Positions 13,661 to 26,988 of a stretch of DNA of 64,000 nucleotides are shown one piece after another. The position numbers and the translations under genes are program-made. Position 1 is the first letter of the stretch. Each line of letters starts with the position of its first letter. The notes under the pieces were generated by a model. That model did no database searches. It was not told where the DNA came from and saw only the letters and a program-made list of their open reading frames with translations. This stretch comes from Stegostoma tigrinum (taxonomy: Eukaryota): positions 42,083,491-42,147,490 of the forward strand of contig NC_081382.1 of NCBI RefSeq assembly GCF_030684315.1. The letters are read 5' to 3'.

Positions 13661-15399
13661 CCGTAACCAATCCAATCCCTCAAATACTGCTCCACCAGAC
13701 TACTCTCAATCGGCGGCCAGTGTAACAGCATTGTTAAGTAGCAGTTATTCAATAATACTCTGCATATTGATGCTCAATCTGGATTCTACGAGGGCTGAAC
13801 TACTGACCTCATAACTCCCTTATTCTAAACATGGGGAGAAGAGCCAAACTCAACAGGAACTGCCCTTGACACTATAGTAACATTTCACAGAGCACGGCAC
13901 AAGAAAAAGAGCTCCAGCAAAACTGCCCTTGATTAGAATCAGTGGGAAAATCCTCCACTGGTTTGAGGCATGCCAACACAAGGAAAATGGGCATAGTTGT
14001 TGGAGACCAATCATTTCAATCCCAGGACATCACCAAAGGTATTCTTTAGGGTACATACATTTTAATTAACCAATCAGATAATGCTATGACAAGATGGACT
14101 TGAAAGCAGGTCTCTTGATCTTCAGGAAGGGACACATTACAACAGCACTACAAAAGCCCTCTCTTCCTTAGGGTAGATATTTGCTAATCAACCTGTTCAG
14201 GGATGTTATTATACACCTCTGGGGCAGGCAGTACTTGAACACAGAGCTCGTGGCTCAGAGGTAAGGGCACTACAACAGCCATGTCCTACGCCCAATCATC
14301 TATAGCTGCTTCATCAATGACTTTCCCTCATCATAAAGTCACATATGGAGACATGTGCTGATGACTGCACCATATTCAATGTTCAGCGCCATTTGCAAAT
14401 CCTCAGATACTGAAGCAAGATGTCTAACATAGCCTAGACAACATTCAGGCTTGGCTGAAGAACAGCAAAATGACATCCATGCATCGCAAGTGCCAGATAA
14501 AAGACCATCTTCAGCAAAAGAAAATTTAAGAAACTCCCTCTAATATTTAAATGGCATACACTCTCTAAATTCTGCACTGTGAACATCCTAACCAGAAACT
14601 GAACTGGACCAGCCATGTAAATATTGTGGATACAACAGCAGGTCACAGCTGGGAATTCTGTGGCTATCAATTTATCTCCTGACTTGCCAAAGTCAGGTTA
14701 TCATCAACAAGGCACAAGTCAAGAGTGTGACTTGCCTCTTTCCTAAATGAGTGCAGCTTACCAACACTAAACAGGCTTGACAATGTCCAGGACAAAACAG
14801 CCTGCATGATTAGTTCTTATGCCATTGGTGGCATGACAAAGTTGGGAGTGCACAAGAGACAGGACATCTCAAAGTTGTGGGTTGAAGGGGATTTCACAAA
14901 GCAAAAAGGGATTTGAAAATAAGCATGGGAGTTTTAAAATCAAGATGCTGCCTGACCAGAAGGCCACAAATCACAGGAATGAACAGGAATAGATTTGCAA
15001 AGTTATAGAGGGCAGAATGTGAGAGAACCGCCAGGAATATCGAAATAGGCTAAGGATAACTGGGTGAGAGTTTCAGCAGCTGCAGACATTCTGAAAATGG
15101 GGCAAATTCAAGCAGTGTAATGGAAGTGGGAATGGTCTTGGTGAATGCAGAAATAAGATCTAAAGTTCATCTTAGAGTTGAACGCGACACCAAAGTATAC
15201 AGAGAAGCTACTGCAAGTGATTCTGCGATCAGATAGATAAGAACGGAATAAGATGAGTAGTCCTATTCAGCCAGATGACAGTGCAGAGGTGTTGGAGAAG
15301 GATGGTGTGATCAACTATATCGACAATAGGTTGAGAAGGAAGAACAGAGGAAGTTTACCTTTGTCATGGTCACAGAGAATACCAGTTGTGATTTTCACA

Positions 15400-15715
15400 G
15401 AGGGAGGTGATGGTCTAATGGTATTATCTCTGGACTGTTAATCCAGATTCGCAGGAAATGGGAGACAGATAGTGGAATTGTATTCAATTTTTTAAAAAAT
15501 GGAATTAAGAGTCTAATGATCATAAAACCAGCATCGATGTCAGAAAAACCCATCTAGTTCACTAATGTCCTTTAGGGAAGGAAAGTGCCATTCTAACCTG
15601 GTCTGGCCTACATGTGACTCCGGACCCACAGAAACATGATTGGCTCTGAACTGCCTTCTGGCTATTTAGTGATGGACAATAAATGCAACATATTCATCCC
15701 ATTAATGAATAAAGA
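15400..15715 (+). mobile_element. DeuSINE (SacSINE1-like)
   Basis: Same head, Deu-domain and tail as 2490-2845. Confidence 0.7.
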
Positions 15716-16744
15716 AAGAAAAAAAGTGCTTCAGTACGACAGCAAGGGTATAAACCCAATTAGAAAGGGTTCCAATTCACATTAGGAATTCAGGAAAGAC
15801 GGAACCAGATTTGGGAGGTTACAACATCTCAAAGACAAGGGAAATGGAAGCTGGAGATGGGATGGTAGTTTGCAAGGACAGAAAAGCAAAGATTGTCTTT
15901 AAAGAAATGGGGATATGGCAATAAATTTGATGGAAAAGGAGACAAAACCTAAAGATAACCATTTTGTTATCATTTAACATGGGGGCTAGAAATGGACTGT
16001 CTCTATTTTCAGCATTTCAGCTGAATTGGACAGAGGAAAAGGGAGGTGCGATAGGGTTAGGGTTAGGGTTCTCATGGACTGAAGAGCTCAGAGAGGACAA
16101 TGATAGGAGATGAAAAAAAATCTAGAGAATGAGGAGAATTCAGGACAAGGGCAGGGAAGCACATCAAAGGAACCTTAGCCAGGTGAGCTGGTGAAGGGAG
16201 CAAAACAGCAGAAACTGTTGATCAGATTATTTCAATTTATGTAACAAAGAGGTCTGTGAACTGCTCATACTTTCTGACGATGAGGGAGGAGGGAAGTGTG
16301 CAAGAACTGAAGATGACTGTTTCCAGTTAAGAAAAGAAGTTCATTCCAAGATGATCCTAATGTAGTGACGAGCTATAAATGTAAGCCTTTTTCAGATTAT
16401 AAATTCAATGGCAAAAGAACAAGAACCTTGTAATATTTATCTACATTATAAATGTAGTAATAATTATTGCCATTTAACATGTTAAGATCACATTTTTAAA
16501 AATCACACCTTCCAGAATTTTCCATTCAATAGAAAATGTTTGCAGTTACACAATCTACTCCTATTGCATAATCTTATATACCTAACAAGACTAATTTAAT
16601 CATGAAGAATGGATTAATTAAAATTAATGAACAAATTACCATCATATTTGAACCACGATTATTGAAGAACATCTTGTAGTCTCAGAACACTTTACATGAT
16701 CACAAAATGTTTTAAAAGCTTTACAACCACTGAAGTGCTTTTGA

Positions 16745-17810
16745 AGTGGAGTACAGCCCTCCACTGTACTCCCTGTACACCCATGACTGTGTTGTCAAAT
16801 TCCGAACAAATGCCATCTACAAGTTTGCTGATGACTCCATGGTAGGATGGATATCAAACGACAAGTCAGAATACAGAAAGAAGACAGAGGGCTTGGTGAC
16901 CTGGTGCAATAAGAACAACGTCTCGCTCAACCATCAAACTTCCCACCTAAATGGCTAGCACGAGGGGTCATAGTTTTAAGCTGGTTGGTGGAAAGTATAG
17001 AGGGGATGTCAGAGGCAGGTTCTTTACGCAGAGAGTTGTGAGAGCATGGAATGCGTTGCCAGCAGCAGTTGTGGAAGCAAGGTCATTGGGGTCATTTAAG
17101 AGACTGCTGGACATGTATATGGTCACAGAAATTTGAGGGTGCATACATGAGGATCAATGGTCGGCACAACATTGTGGGCTGAAGGGCCTGTTCTGTGCTG
17201 TACTGTTCTATGTTCTATGTTCTATAGATGCAACAGTCAAGATGACACATCAATGCCTCTTCTTCTTCAGACAGCTCAGAAAATTTGGCGTGTCCACAAG
17301 GTTCCTCATCAACTTTTAGAAATGCACCACTGAAAGCATACTGTCCAGATGCATAAGGGCCTGGTAATGGCAACTGCTCTGCCCAGAACCGTAAGAAACT
17401 ACAGAAGGTCTGGACTGTGCACAAAACCATCATGGAAGACAACCCTCCATCAATGGACTCCTTCCACCTGGCCCATAGCCATGGAAAGGCTGCTAACATC
17501 AAAGACTCCACTACACCCGAACAATGCTCTCCTACAACATCTTCCCTCAGGCAGAAGATACAGAAGTTTGAACACACACATCAGCAGGCTCAAGAACAGC
17601 TTCTTGCTGTTGTTAGACTGATGCATGGATTCTCTAACTTCAAGTAATGCTGATCTCGCTAACGAAACCTCTGTGCAGCCTAACCTGCATGCCTCTGGCT
17701 AGTTTTTTTTCCCCCCACCCTATGATCTGTATGTCCTTACTTACTATGATCTGGCTGCACTGCTTATAAACAAAGCTTTTCACTGTGCTTACATACAGGT
17801 GGCCTTAAAT
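16745..17810 (+). mobile_element. Rex1/Babar-like LINE relic interrupted by a CR1 3' end (about 16935-17225)
   Basis: PLYSLYTHDCVVKFRTNAIYKFADD RT motif and LPSGRRYRSL..RLKNSF C-terminus; insert TRGHSFKL..FFTQRVVRAWNALP ends in (TGTTCTA)n. Confidence 0.65.
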
Positions 17811-18119
17811 CAAGTTTTAAAAACTCAGCACCTATTTGCACATAGCAAGTTCCCAAGACAGCAATGTAACAGATGACCCAGACGTTTTTTTAGTGATTTT
17901 GTTTAAGGGACAAATATCAGTTTGGGGCACCAGCACTCCTGCCTTTCTTCAAAATCATGCCATGGGATCTTTTCTACTCACATTACAAAACAGATCCTTA
18001 GATTAACATTTCATCCAAAATATGGATATTAATTTTGCCTATCAACCAACTGAGAAACCGGAGTAGTGGTGAACCATGTATTACACACAAAAAAAAATTG
18101 CCAAATGTAGGGACAACAT

Positions 18120-19080
18120 GAGAACGCATCTGACTACTTTCAAGAGGAATAGAATACAAGAGTTATACAGAGAGGCTGAACAGGCTGGAGATATTTTCCC
18201 TTCAGCAAAGGATGACGGGTGACCTTATTGAAGTTTATAAAATCATGAGGGGCATAGATACGGTGAATAGTCAAGATCTTTTCCTCAGGTTAGCAGAGTC
18301 CAAAACTACGTGCATATGTTCGGGTGAGAGGGGAAAGACCTAAAGGAACAACATTTTCATGCAAAGGACAGTACCTGTATGGAATGAGCTGCCAGAGGGA
18401 GTGGTGGAAGCTGGTACAATCACAAAATTTAAAAGGCACCTAGACAGGTATATGAATAAGAAGAGTCTAGAGGGATACTGGCAAATGGGACTACATTAAT
18501 TTATGATGTCCGGTTGGAATAGATGAGTCGGCATGAAGGATCTGTGTCCACGCTGTACAGCTCTATGACTCCATGAAGAGCAGAAATATACTGAAGGTGT
18601 AGAAGGCTCTGGTCAGACCACAGTGGAATATCAACGGCAGTTTTAGGCTTCATATCTAAGGAAAGATGCACTGGTGTTGGGGGATGAAGGGCTTGTCATA
18701 TGAGGAGCAGTTGAGGACTCTGGGTCTGTACTCAATGGGGTTTACAAGAATGAGAGGGGAATCTGTTTGAAACCTACAGAACACCGAGAGGCCTAGATAG
18801 CATGGATGTGGAAAATATATTTCCACTTGGAGACACTAGGACCCAGAGAGCATAACTTCAGAGCAAAGGAACTGAGATAAGGAGTAATTTCTTCAGCCAG
18901 AGCGTAGTTATTCTATGAAATTCATTGCCTCAGAGGGTTGATTAGTAAGGGAATCAAGAGTTATGGGAAGAAGGCATGAGAATGGAGCCGAGAAAAATAT
19001 CAGTCATGATCACATGGCAGAGCAACTGGATGAGCCAAATGGCTTAATTCAGCTCTTATCTCTAATGGTTTTATGGACCA
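18120..19080 (+). mobile_element. Nested degenerate CR1 fragments
   Basis: CR1 ORF2 C-terminal motifs (GDLIEVYKIMRG, WNELPE, FKRHLD) with many indels. Confidence 0.6.
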
Positions 19081-19224
19081 CGCAAACTATATGAACCAGA
19101 AGCAGGCAATTATTCTCAGCATTTTATTTTCTGTAGCACTTTCTAAAAGAACATGGTAAGGAATCAATTTCAATTCTGTAAAGACATACATTAGAAACCT
19201 CTTGTGGCTAAAAGCTAGTGTCCA

Positions 19225-19625
19225 TACCCCAAGCAGGTAGTGTACTCCCAGCTTCAAAACAGAAGCAAGCCCACGTGGACACAGGAAGTGCTTCAGTGAT
19301 ACCCTAAAGGCCTTACTGGCAAAGTGCAACACTCCAACATACACCTGGAATCTCTGGCCCAAGACCATCCAAAATGGAAGAATAGCATCTGAGAAGGCAT
19401 TGAGCACCTCAAGACATGCCACCAGGAAAAACTGGAAGCCCAACAAAAACAGCAAAGGGAGCACATTGCCACAATGCCACACCAGTGCACCACCCACCCC
19501 TTCCCACTACCTGCCCCAAGTGTAACAGAGCCTGTGGTAGCCATATCGGTTTGTACAGCCATCTACGAACTCACCCGGAGAGTCGAAGACAGCCACGTTC
19601 GTCTGCGAGGGACCACCAATGATGC
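19225..19625 (+). mobile_element. RTE-clade LINE 3' fragment with C2H2 zinc finger
   Basis: RKCFSDTLKA..TWESLAQD-like text and CPKCNRACGSHIGLYSHLRTH. Confidence 0.6.
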
Positions 19626-20634
19626 GACCTGGGCCAAAAGGCCCAGGTTCAAATTCCCTGCCCCAGGCATGTACTATAATGAACAGGTTGACTAAAAGTA
19701 TCTGGAATTAGAGGAATGTGCATATTCATGATGTCCTGAGATCACAAAAAATGCAATATTACATGAGTTTCTTAATCTGTCTACAAGTTATCCACATTGA
19801 CTAAATATTGAAAACAGACACTCCTATACTAAGTTTAAAAAGTGATATTAAAGTTAGTATAAATTAAACTAAATATTAAAACACTGGCATGCAGCAAATT
19901 TAAGCATGGACGCATTTCAAGTAAAATATATATCTATAACATTGCCGAGCCAACTCTCATTGTTTGCAATATAAACAGAAAACAACGCTGAGCGGGTGAG
20001 TGCAGCACCTCGCCACGGAAAAACAAAATTAATATGTCTCAGCCACAATCCCTATTCTGAGCAAGTCAATTTATTGTCGAGTGGTGGTGGCTCGGCACAC
20101 AGCAAACCCAGTACTTAAACCATCTTTTTCAACAAGTGCTGCCCAACACAACACTTCCACAATCTTTTGACTTTAACCATTATTTGATGTACTTGACTAT
20201 GCAAAATGTAGTCGCTTCCTATTGTTTGATGGTTGCTTTTCTATCTACCACATCATAATTATACGACAGCATAGTCGATAATGTAACTATCGCCTGCTTC
20301 TCTCTTGGGCCATGCATAAGGTCTGCAAAAGGGTTACTGGACTCGAAACATTAACTCTGCTATTCCTCCACGGAAGCTGCCACAGCTGCCGACTTTCATC
20401 AGCAATTCCGTTTTTGTTGCATTAAAAAGAGTGTTTAGCCAACAACGACAATGCTGAACCACGATGACAATAATCGAGATTATATTGTCTAAATTACCAG
20501 AAAAGTTCGTTTCGCAAACTGCCGTGTGGAATTCCAACTTCAATGAGGAACGCACTTTTGCAAAAAACACGACAAAAATCGCACACGATTTGAAACGCAC
20601 TCGAACGTCCAACTTTTGTCACTGGCAAACTCAC

Positions 20635-20970
20635 AGTGTTGGGGTGGTCTATCCAGTTGACTTCAAACCCATCGAAGGCGTGGCTCTTGATGTTCTTCAT
20701 TAACTCCTTGCTCACCATGGGCTCCACCTGCCGGAGAAAGCGGGCCAGGCGCGGGGAATCGATCGACGGCTCCACACTCCCATCGAAGGCCGGCAGGTCT
20801 CGGCACTCGACCGGATCGGTCTGCGTGCCGCTTCTCGCGTTGCGTCGAATTTGCACCGAAGCTTCGGTGCGCCGAACTACCGCCGTTTGACAAACTGCGT
20901 CACGCAGCTCGGGAACCTTCCTCCAGCGCGAATCAATCGACACGGCCTCCCGGACCTCGTCCGTGAACAT
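20635..20970 (-). CDS. DYNC2I2: WDR34 coding exon 1
   Basis: ATG at 20970 (ACTATG), MFTDE..VCQT..SGTQT..LARFLRQVEPMVSKELMKNIKSHAFDGFEVNW; donor ACT|GTGAGT; 336 nt, phase 0. Confidence 0.92.
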
Positions 20971-21149
20971 AGTGCGGATTCGCTAAGGCGTTGCTGGAGG
21001 AACCCCAGCACCAAAATGTCTTCCTCCTCCTCACGAAGCTAAGAGTAGCTTATTTATATATTAAAGAATACGTTGGAGTGTCTAGAACTCATTCACCTCC
21101 CACACGCAGTAAAAACTTTCTCTTTCTCCCCTCACACTCCAACACACAG

Positions 21150-21430
21150 CATAAGTTCAAGAGTGGACGCGGACCCAATGGGGACGACCTGGTCGCCATG
21201 ACGACCCGCGCCGCCTGACGTCACGGCCGGCTTCGCGCCGCGCGGCCGCGGCCAATGGGAGACAACGCCGGGGCGGGTGTCCGGCGCGAGGGCGGCGCGT
21301 CGCGCATGCGTACTTGGGGAAGTTGTTGATGTGGGGGTGGGCCGCTCGCGCGCGTGCGTGCTGGAGAGGCCGAGCGCGAGCGTTTTTTTTTCCATTCCCC
21401 TCCTGTGGTAGAGGCGCGAGACCCGCTGAG
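21150..21430. promoter_or_regulatory. CpG-island bidirectional promoter of WDR34 and SET
   Basis: CpG-dense; CCAAT 21175 and 21252, X-box-like palindrome 21192-21205, CRE TGACGTCA 21216-21223, GC box 21270-21277, NRF1-like CGCGCATGCG 21301-21310. Confidence 0.8.
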
Positions 21431-21611
21431 CCATCGAGGGGGAAGGAGAGAGAGAGAGAGAGTGAGAGTGTGTGTGAGGGGAGTGCAGGAGGAAAAAGTA
21501 AAATATACACAGAGAGAGGAAGATTCGTGAAAGAAAGCGCGGATCAGGGCTTTTTTCCAATCATTTTTTTCTCCTTTTTTTTATTTCCCCCTTTTTTTTC
21601 CTTCTTCCAAG

Positions 21612-21684
21612 ATGTCGGTCCCAGCGACAAAGATGAGTAAAAAGGAGGTGAACTCGAACCATGATGGAGCAGATGAGACCTCAG
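21612..21684 (+). CDS. SET: SET nuclear proto-oncogene (TAF-I beta type N-terminus), exon 1
   Basis: MSVPATKMSKKEVNSNHDGADETS; donor CAG|GTAATT, phase 1. Confidence 0.95.
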
Positions 21685-22032
21685 GTAATTTCTTTTCTTT
21701 TTGTGCACGGTTGGTTTTATTTTCGCCTGGTGGACAAATATGTTTTCGTGCTTGCGTTCGTGAAGGCCTCTCTGTTGAGTGTGTTCTGTATGTCTGTGTA
21801 TGTATATTGTGTATGTGTTGTGTATGTGCGCGGAATGGCGGCCCCACGCTCCCCCTCTCGGTCGGGCTGGAGAGGAGCTGAAAGGCAGCGCGGGAGGGTA
21901 ACTCCATTCACTCCGGCGCCATGTTTATGAAGCCACATAGCGAGAGTGTGTGTGAGTGAGAGCGGGGATAAAAAGAGAAAGAACAGAATCTCAGTACCAC
22001 CTCCTCCTCCCTCATTGTGTAAGGCGGCCGCC

Positions 22033-22084
22033 ATGATACCAGGAAAGAGGAATGGAGCCGCCGTGGCCTGCTCGTCGGCCCGAG
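22033..22084 (+). CDS. SET: Candidate alternative first coding exon of SET (MIPGKRNGAAVACSSAR)
   Basis: GCCGCCATG Kozak, 52 nt, donor GAG|GTGAGA in phase 1, matching exon 2. Confidence 0.5.
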
Positions 22085-23398
22085 GTGAGATGCCCTATTT
22101 CTTCTAACCTCCACCCCCACCCCCAGGCGTGTGTATACACAGACATTCTCTCTTTTCTGTCTCTCTTCCCCACCCCACCCCCAATCCTAGAACGGGTGAG
22201 GATAATATGCAAGGAGACAGGTCTGAACATGGGCTTCACGCGAGCAGCAACATCACTCGGTGGGTTAGAGTCGTCCGACTTGGGGAGAAGAGGCCTAACC
22301 ACGCGGCCTGGAGTTAAAGGGGTTATAGACAGCTTTCTACTTTCCTCTTTAAATCCTCGGGCCAGGCAATACTAGCTAAAAACCCGTTCTGTGCACGCGA
22401 TTTTTACGTGAGCCCATGTTTGGTTTTGAGCCTTTTTGATTAAATGCCTTCCCTTTTGAGAATCAGAATGACGTGACCGAGACTTTTTAAATAAACTGCT
22501 AAATCTGGAGCGGAAAAGTTAAATGCGCTTTCAGAGTTTAATTGGTGTGAAGGGAGAGGGAAAACTGAATGGAAAATAATTGCATGAGCTAAAATTGTGA
22601 AATCATCTTAAAATGAAAGATGTGCAACCAGCTTTCATTAATGCTGAATTTTGAAAAAGTTTGTTTTCGGTGCAATTCATTTCCAAGTGAAATGTCGGCA
22701 TTGAAAGTAACGACTTCCTTCGTGGAGGAACCACGCGGCTCATAATTTAGCAGGGGTTCATTCAACACAAAGGGAAGCAGTACTGAAACGTGGGTTGCTA
22801 GCGAATTATTGACATCTCCTACCATTAGATTCGCAATGTGATACGACGACACTTACAATTCTGAATAAATCTGGACGTGTTTGCAGATGATATTGTCTGT
22901 CTCCATTTTCATAGTGCAACTAATAGGTGAGCGGAAGGTGTTTTTTTTCTCCCCCTTGGATGGTTTAATGACAGATTTCGTTACATCTACTTTTGAGATG
23001 TGATTGTAGATTTTCCGCAGAATATTACTGAACAGTATGGTTAACTTGCAGAATGTAATTAGGAGCTCTTCCAAGCTTACCCGTTGCCTTTTTGAATATT
23101 TAATGAAATGTTTCGTCCTAAGGCCATCAAATCAATGCTAAAATCAAGAGTTCACAACTTTCTGTGTGCATCTTTTATATTTTGCCGGTTTGAGAGTAAG
23201 TAGGCATAGTTGCCTGTAAATTTCAGAAAACCCAAATTGGATCTGTCAGTTAATAATTTCAAATTAGAGTATTTGCTTGAGGGAGATGTATTTGAGTTGA
23301 AGGTCATGCTGCAGTTGTCATTCTTTAAAAGTGTTAGAAATAGTGTACATGCTGAGCACATCGTAAATTGTGATTTTTTTTGGTCAATTTTTTTACAG

Positions 23399-23456
23399 AA
23401 AAAGAGCAACAGGAAGCCATTGAACACATTGATGAAGTACAGAATGAAATAGACAG
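23399..23456 (+). CDS. SET: SET exon 2
   Basis: TTTACAG|AA..GACAG|GTAATG; EKEQQEAIEHIDEVQNEIDR. Confidence 0.96.
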
Positions 23457-24835
23457 GTAATGTGAAGGAAACAATGACTTTTGCATTTTAACCCCTGGGT
23501 GGTTGAGTTTTTCTACAAAACTCGTTTTATCTGAAACATTTTAAAATGAAGTTCAGCAATAATTTTGTTGCATTAGGCGGAAGTGGCCTTTAGTTTGAAC
23601 GTTTCCACTGTTTCACATGTTATGAGCCATAGTCTAATGTCCTGAAACTTGGCATACTGTACTTGATACTCAAAAGAAATTGAAGGTAAATTATGGTTTC
23701 GCAGAACAGAACGTTTATTAAGTGGGTTTTTTTGATAGTGCTGACATCCACAGATTAAAGCACTGCTTTACAATTGGTTGAGAATGTATATACATGTTAG
23801 TATTCAGAGATAGTAGGAACTGCCGATGCTGGAGAATCTGAGATAACAAGGTGTAGTGCTGGATGAAGACTGCATGCCAAGCAGCATTAGAGGATCAGGA
23901 AAGCTGATGTTTCAGGTCTGGATCCTTCTTTTCTACCAAAATCTTTTTTGGCAAGCTTTATCTCTTCGTAGATTCTACCTGGCTGTCTTCTCGGTGTTTA
24001 AATTTTAAGATCGAAGATAAAGTTTGGAGGATCACCCAAGTTATTTGAACTTACACGATGACTCGAAAAGCCAAAATTGTGCTGTCTTTTCTGCCAGGGA
24101 GGTATTTATAGTGCTCAAGTGGAGTTCAACAGGTGATGCATCACTGCTGCCCTTGGCTGCTATCTGTCCTGCACGTTCTCTTCTCTGACTGTTAATTTAG
24201 GTATATTCTTGTGATTTGTCGTTTGGATCGCTAGTGATATTTGAGTGTGTCTTGCTACGTTCCTACCAAGTCCAATAGGAGATGTGCCCGCAATAATACT
24301 CTGATGTGGTCTAACCAGGATTTTGCATAGTTGTAGCAGAGTTTCCTCCCCTTTTATTTATTTCTAGAAAAAAACTTCTCAATGTTTCTCACATATCTTT
24401 GGTTGAAGGATCGAAAGCAACCTAACTTCCTGCTGATATTAAGCCTTCACTTGAAATGGAATTATTTGATTTCCAAAAATCTCAATTGTATTGCATTTGA
24501 AAACTGGTTTGTTCTGACATTGGCATTCTAGGAAGGAAAAAAATCACTGGTCCCAGCCCGCTGGTCAAGTGCTGTCCTTTGTGGCCAGAGTCTTAAAGTA
24601 CAGTTGTAACCTCAAGTATATCTACTGGGGTTTGCAGAAATATTTTGAACCAATTAAGTTCTAATGGATAAAATGCTCTGCCTTTTCTATTTCTATCTTC
24701 CCTGCCCCTTGTATGCAGGAATGCTGTTGTCTTATTTAATCTTTTGTTTTATAGTGCAAAATTGAACTTTTTGTGTCAAACTTCTAACTTTTTTTGTTAA
24801 ACCCTGTTTTACAAGGCTGCGAATATTTTTTGTGA

Positions 24836-25102
<267 letters not shown>

Positions 25103-25371
25103 TAGGATTAAGTGAAATTTTCACGTGGAGCTGTCAGTTGAGAAAACATTACAGATGTGTGATTGTGTAAGAATTTTATGGAAAGGGATCTTGATCTTTG
25201 CTTTCAAGAGAATCTAGCGATGTGGACCGTGATCAGCTTCCAAGAAATTGAAGTGATTGTGTCTTAAATTTTAGATTATCTTTGGCATGGCTTTATTGCC
25301 ACAATATACTAGTTAAGTTTTGTGAACTTTCCTGAAATTGTAATGAGTACTAGTTGCATCTCCATTGATAA

Positions 25372-25402
25372 TGCCCCCTAGAGGCACGTGATGTTCACTG
25401 CA
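25372..25402 (-). promoter_or_regulatory. Candidate CTCF site with upstream motif in SET intron 3
   Basis: Minus strand TGCAGT-N12-CCTCTAGGGGGCA. Confidence 0.5.
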
Positions 25403-26805
25403 GTGCTGCTCAAAAGACATTACAACAAGTCGCAGCCTTGACAGTTTTGAAAGAATCAGTGTGTTTTTGTTTTTGAAATGTGTGCGGTGTTGGTCTCCCT
25501 GGATTCTTCTCTTTGTGGCCACAATTGTTAGTTTTCGCTGTAAATGGTTTTTGTGCTCCTAGAACCACCGCTGTTTTTTTTCCTTTGAAATGGCTGTAAC
25601 CCTTTTGGCTTATATACAGTAGGAATTACAAATATGGTCATTTGTGTTCTGCTGTAAATACTTGATTATATCCTGTTTTTACACATCAGATGGAATTTTA
25701 AATTCCTGTCTGTTAATAGCATAAGTTTCAACAAATGCTTTTACCCCCAAACTTTGTCATATGGGAAATGACTGAACAGAAATCCTGTAGAGAAACCCAC
25801 CTTGCTTGCAAACGTATACATTATTTCCTTTTTTGATTCGCACTTGCTAGGTTCTTTCATCGGGTTATATTCCGGAGACTCCAAATGTGTTTTTTTTGGG
25901 GGGGGTTGGGAGTGGTGTGGGATTTGCTGCTGCATTTAATCCTTCTATGCAACATTAACCTGGCATTCCAGAGCGGGACTGATTTTTTTTCCATTGGCCT
26001 TGATGTGTAGACCCTAGTTGTTATCCACCATACCTTGATTTTGAAATTGTAAACAGTAGGTTGCACTCTTGCCTAGAAAGAGTGGAGAATGTTTTTGTTT
26101 TTGTTTTTGTTTTTGTTTGCTGTGTTCTAAATGGGCTTTTGCAACTTAACTCTGTAAGTAGTGTAAGACAGTTTTATAGTAATTAAATGATGTAGTTTGA
26201 ATGTTAATGAGTAGCATTTGCAAAAGTGTGAATGAAATAAGTAACTTGTGGCACCTTTTCAGTGAAGTGTGATTTAGCTCTATTGTAACGTTGGGAGATG
26301 CCAGCCAATTAGCATGTAGCATGGTTCAACAAACAGCAGTGAAATAACCGAAAACATTGGTCCACCTAGTAAGACTTGTAATTATAACATGCAGCAGTGG
26401 TCATTGTATGTGTTTACATATTATTTTAGCAAATATTTCCAATGATGATCTCGTCAGCCTATTCACATGTTATTACACACCCCTGGAGCAGGTTGGAGTT
26501 GAACCCAGTTCGCTTGGCTCAGAGTAGGGATGCGAACCATCAACCTTCATTTCCATTATATCTTTAATTTTTTCAGCATGCCATTTGAATTTGGAGTCTC
26601 AGAAGTATATCACCTGATGAAAGAACTTAGCAAGTGGCTTCTTGTGTCTTTGTCTTTTAATGTTGTTCCTTTCCTTTCACATCCAACAATTATGGACAGC
26701 CCTAACATTTATTTGTGTACATTGCCTTACATGTCGTCCCTTCTTGATCAATACTGTCTGTGGACCTAATGCTGCAAAAGGGAGTTCATGCAGTACAACA
26801 GTTAG

Positions 26806-26988
<183 letters not shown>

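Noticed and set aside
16052-16070. TAGGG(TTAGGG)2TT telomere-like repeat
   Set aside because: Only three units with no evidence of chromosome healing; compatible with chance or slippage
20636-22375. Many overlapping ORFs around the WDR34/SET promoter
   Set aside because: GC-rich, stop-poor CpG island and microsatellite shadow frames
26441-26620. Possible C/D snoRNA in SET intron 3 (ATGATGA..CTGA)
   Set aside because: The boxes are about 170 nt apart, span a SINE fragment and lack a terminal stem
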